From Lama guanicoe (taxonomy: Eukaryota): DNA of 64,000 nucleotides. The stretch is taken from contig MU053561.1 in NCBI GenBank assembly GCA_013239625.1, positions 5,630,439 to 5,694,438 of the forward strand, written 5' to 3'. Positions within the stretch are counted from its first letter, which is position 1, and each line of letters opens with the position of its first letter. Positions 61,762 to 64,000 of the stretch are shown here, piece by piece. The position numbers and the translations under genes are program-made. Under the pieces are notes generated by a model. The model ran no database searches, was not told the DNA's origin, and saw only the letters and a program-made list of their open reading frames with translations.

Positions 61762-62254
61762 GTTATTATGGGCTTCAGTGTCTCCCCCTCAAAACTCACG
61801 TGTTGAAGCCCTAACCCTCAGTATCTTAGAATGTGACTATATTTGGCAGTAAGATCTTTAAAGAGGTGATTATGTGAAAATGAGGGTTAGGGTGGGTCCT
61901 AATCCAACCTGACTGGTGTCCTTATCAGAAGAGAAAATGTGGACACACAAGAGACACAGAGGGTGGGGTGGCGGGGACAAAGGACAGACCCTGTGAGGAC
62001 AGAGGCGCTATGTGTAAAGCAAGGAGAGAGGCCCTAGGGGAAACCAGACCTGCCGACACCTTGATCTTGAACGTCCCAGCCTCTAAAACTGTGAGAAGAC
62101 AAACTTCTGTTGTTTAAGAGACCCAGTCTGTGGGACGTTGTGCGGTCCACCAGAAACTGACACAGTGTAACTGACTGTACTTCAATTAAAAAAAAAAAGA
62201 AAAAGATACCCGGTCTACAGTATTTTGTTGTGGCCATCCCTGCAAACCAATACA
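61762..62254 (+). mobile_element. MaLR LTR (MLT1B-like), split by a short L1 tail
   Basis: tgttgaagccctaaccc..gaatgtgactatatttgg..ctaatcca..gactggtgtcctta...ctgccgacaccttgatcttg..tattttgtt..aaaccaataca. Confidence 0.9.
62134..62203 (+). mobile_element. Very short L1 3' tail
   Basis: caccagaaactgacacagtgtaactgactgtacttcaattaaaaa; flanks aagagacccagtct / aagatacccggtct. Confidence 0.8.
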
Positions 62255-63249
62255 GATAAAATAAATTAATTATACAGCACGATCAGAAAGTGACAAAATA
62301 CTGTGGGGAAGAAAAAGAGCAGAAAAGAGGTCAAGGTTACTGGGAAGCAGGGGTATAGACTGCAATGTGACACCGGGCGGTCAGAGTAGGCCACACTCAG
62401 ACAGAAAAAGAGAAGCCGTGTGAGAACCGGAAAGGAAGAGGCTGGAGGGTGGGGACTAAGTAGACATGGGTACCCAGAGAGCTTTAATTTTATCAGTAAG
62501 GTTTGTGTCTTGAGCTAGAAAGTGGGTTTATTACATTATCATCCATACATTTTGGTTTGCCTGATATATTTCATGTCAGTTTTTTTTAAAGATTGGATTT
62601 GAAGGGTGGGCAACTGGACACCGGCTGGTTATTATCACAAGAGTGCAGCAGGAGAGGCTAAGACAACAGCAGTGTGGCTGGAGAGGGCAGGCGGGTACCA
62701 GCGGTGCAGGGCCTGCGATCCCCAGGATGCTGGGACTGATTGAGTGTGGGAAGTGAGAAAGGGGAAGGCTTTCGGATGACTTGCTGGCCGCTGCACAGGT
62801 GTCTGGAGAAAGGCGTGCCATTACCCGTACACAGGACGTGGAGCCATATGGGGTGAGGGGCTGGCAATGGGACCCTGAGCTCAGTCTTGGTGGGATCCTG
62901 AGCTCAATTTATTTTTGAGGTCTGCTCGATGGTCAAAGCCCCCCCCCAAAAAAGGAAAGAGATTAAAGTGTATGTCACATCTATGATTCTGTAAATTTCA
63001 CTCAATGCTTTAGGGTAGCCTCCTTTCTGGGAAGACACCAGGGGTAGGAACCCAGGATCAAGTTGAAATCACATCCCACTGCAAGTCCTCAGGGCTCAGG
63101 CACTGCACACACCCCTGGGTTCCATGCTCAGAACCTCCAGAAAACTGCCTCTCACCCAGACCTCCTCCGAGGCCAATTTCATAAACTGCTAAGAGTATGT
63201 TAGTGTGGGAAGGATCTTACAGAGCAGCTAGCCAAAAGCACCCTCCTTC

Positions 63250-63635
63250 TTTTAAATGAATGTTAAATTCTAGAATAGATTTAGACTGACAGAATAGTTG
63301 CAAAGACAGTACAGAGTTCCCTGATCCCCACACCCAGATTCCTCTATTATTAACATCTTACATTAGTATATTTGTCACAATTAATGAGACAATACTGATA
63401 CATTATTATTAAGAAACATCCACACTTTATTCAGATTTCCTTAGTTTTTACCTCCTGTCCTTTCCCTGGTCCAGGGCCCTATCCAGGATATCCCCTTCCA
63501 TTTAGTCATCATGTCCCTTAGTGTCCTCTTGACCGACAATTTCTCAGACTTTCCTTATTTTAGATGACCTTGAAGATTTTGAAGAGCACTGGTCAGGAAT
63601 TTTGTAGAATGGCCCTCAGTTGGGATTCACCTCAT
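63250..63635 (-). mobile_element. L1MC/L1MD-type 3' UTR
   Basis: ttgcaaagacagtacagagttccc..tttgtcacaattaatga..tttctcagactttcctt..gcactggtcagg..ttttgtagaatg. Confidence 0.8.
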
Positions 63636-64000
63636 GTTTTCCTCTCCTCCCCCCACTTTTTTTAAGTAGCAGAGGCTGCCTCCCTTCCCCTCAAACACAA
63701 GGAGAGAACAGCTGCTGGTTAAAGCCTGAAGTGATGGCGGGGGAGCCTCAGGGTGTCTCCGCAGGACTCTGCAGGGCTCTGAGAAGCCGAGTCTAGAACA
63801 ATCCCGCATTTATAGACCAGGAAGCAGCCCTGCCCAGCCCCCACCCCCTTTCTGGACACTATCTTCCCCGTCACCCACTCTCTCCAGTTCTATACGTTTC
63901 CTTCCCATGTGGATTTCCTGTCTACGGGGAGCTCTCTCATTGTTCTGACCCTCCCCACCTACACACACTTGAATCTATCATTGCTGAGCAAATGTATTTA

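Larger units (their letters stand above)
61225..62400 (-). mobile_element. L2 3' region hosting L1, SINE and MLT1B insertions
   Basis: attcattc..caagtgcttactatgtgc..ttctaggc..cagtgaa resumes after 62255 (agtgacaaaatactgtgggg..). Confidence 0.7.

Noticed and set aside
30..63809. Short ORFs of the six-frame track (60-140 aa)
   Set aside because: Many start at GTG/TTG, overlap on both strands or lie in repeats, and none resembles a cellular protein I recognise. This is expected noise in mammalian non-coding DNA.
1..64000. Novel multi-gene or prokaryote-type system (CRISPR, defence island, operon)
   Set aside because: The sequence is repeat-rich mammalian non-coding DNA with no gene-dense region, repeat-spacer array or intact transposase/RT ORF.

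Overview
Mammalian nuclear DNA, most likely camelid (alpaca, llama or camel). The assignment rests on nine copies of a tRNA-derived SINE resembling the camelid Vic-1 family plus cetartiodactyl-type L1 3' ends. The window is intergenic or intronic. I recognise no protein-coding exon, RNA gene or CRISPR array. The ORF track is essentially noise, apart from one decayed L1 ORF2 reverse-transcriptase fragment near 60.9-61.2 kb. A large part of the sequence is transposon fossil: MIR, L2, old L1M, MaLR/ERVL LTRs, hAT and Tigger MITEs, and younger L1 tails and SINEs, several with readable target-site duplications (TSDs) and multi-layer nesting. Repeat-poor blocks hold candidate regulatory elements: a GC-box+TATA promoter-like module near 57.75 kb, a SOX/POU/homeobox cluster near 13.4 kb and a FOX/ONECUT/E-box cluster near 42.9-43.3 kb. 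There are also a few well-formed orphan exon candidates, a recursive-splice-like AG|GTAAG site and a close inverted pair of young L1 tails. I found no convincing evidence of a novel multi-gene system. Repeat family names come from recalled consensus similarity, and boundaries are approximate unless a TSD is quoted.
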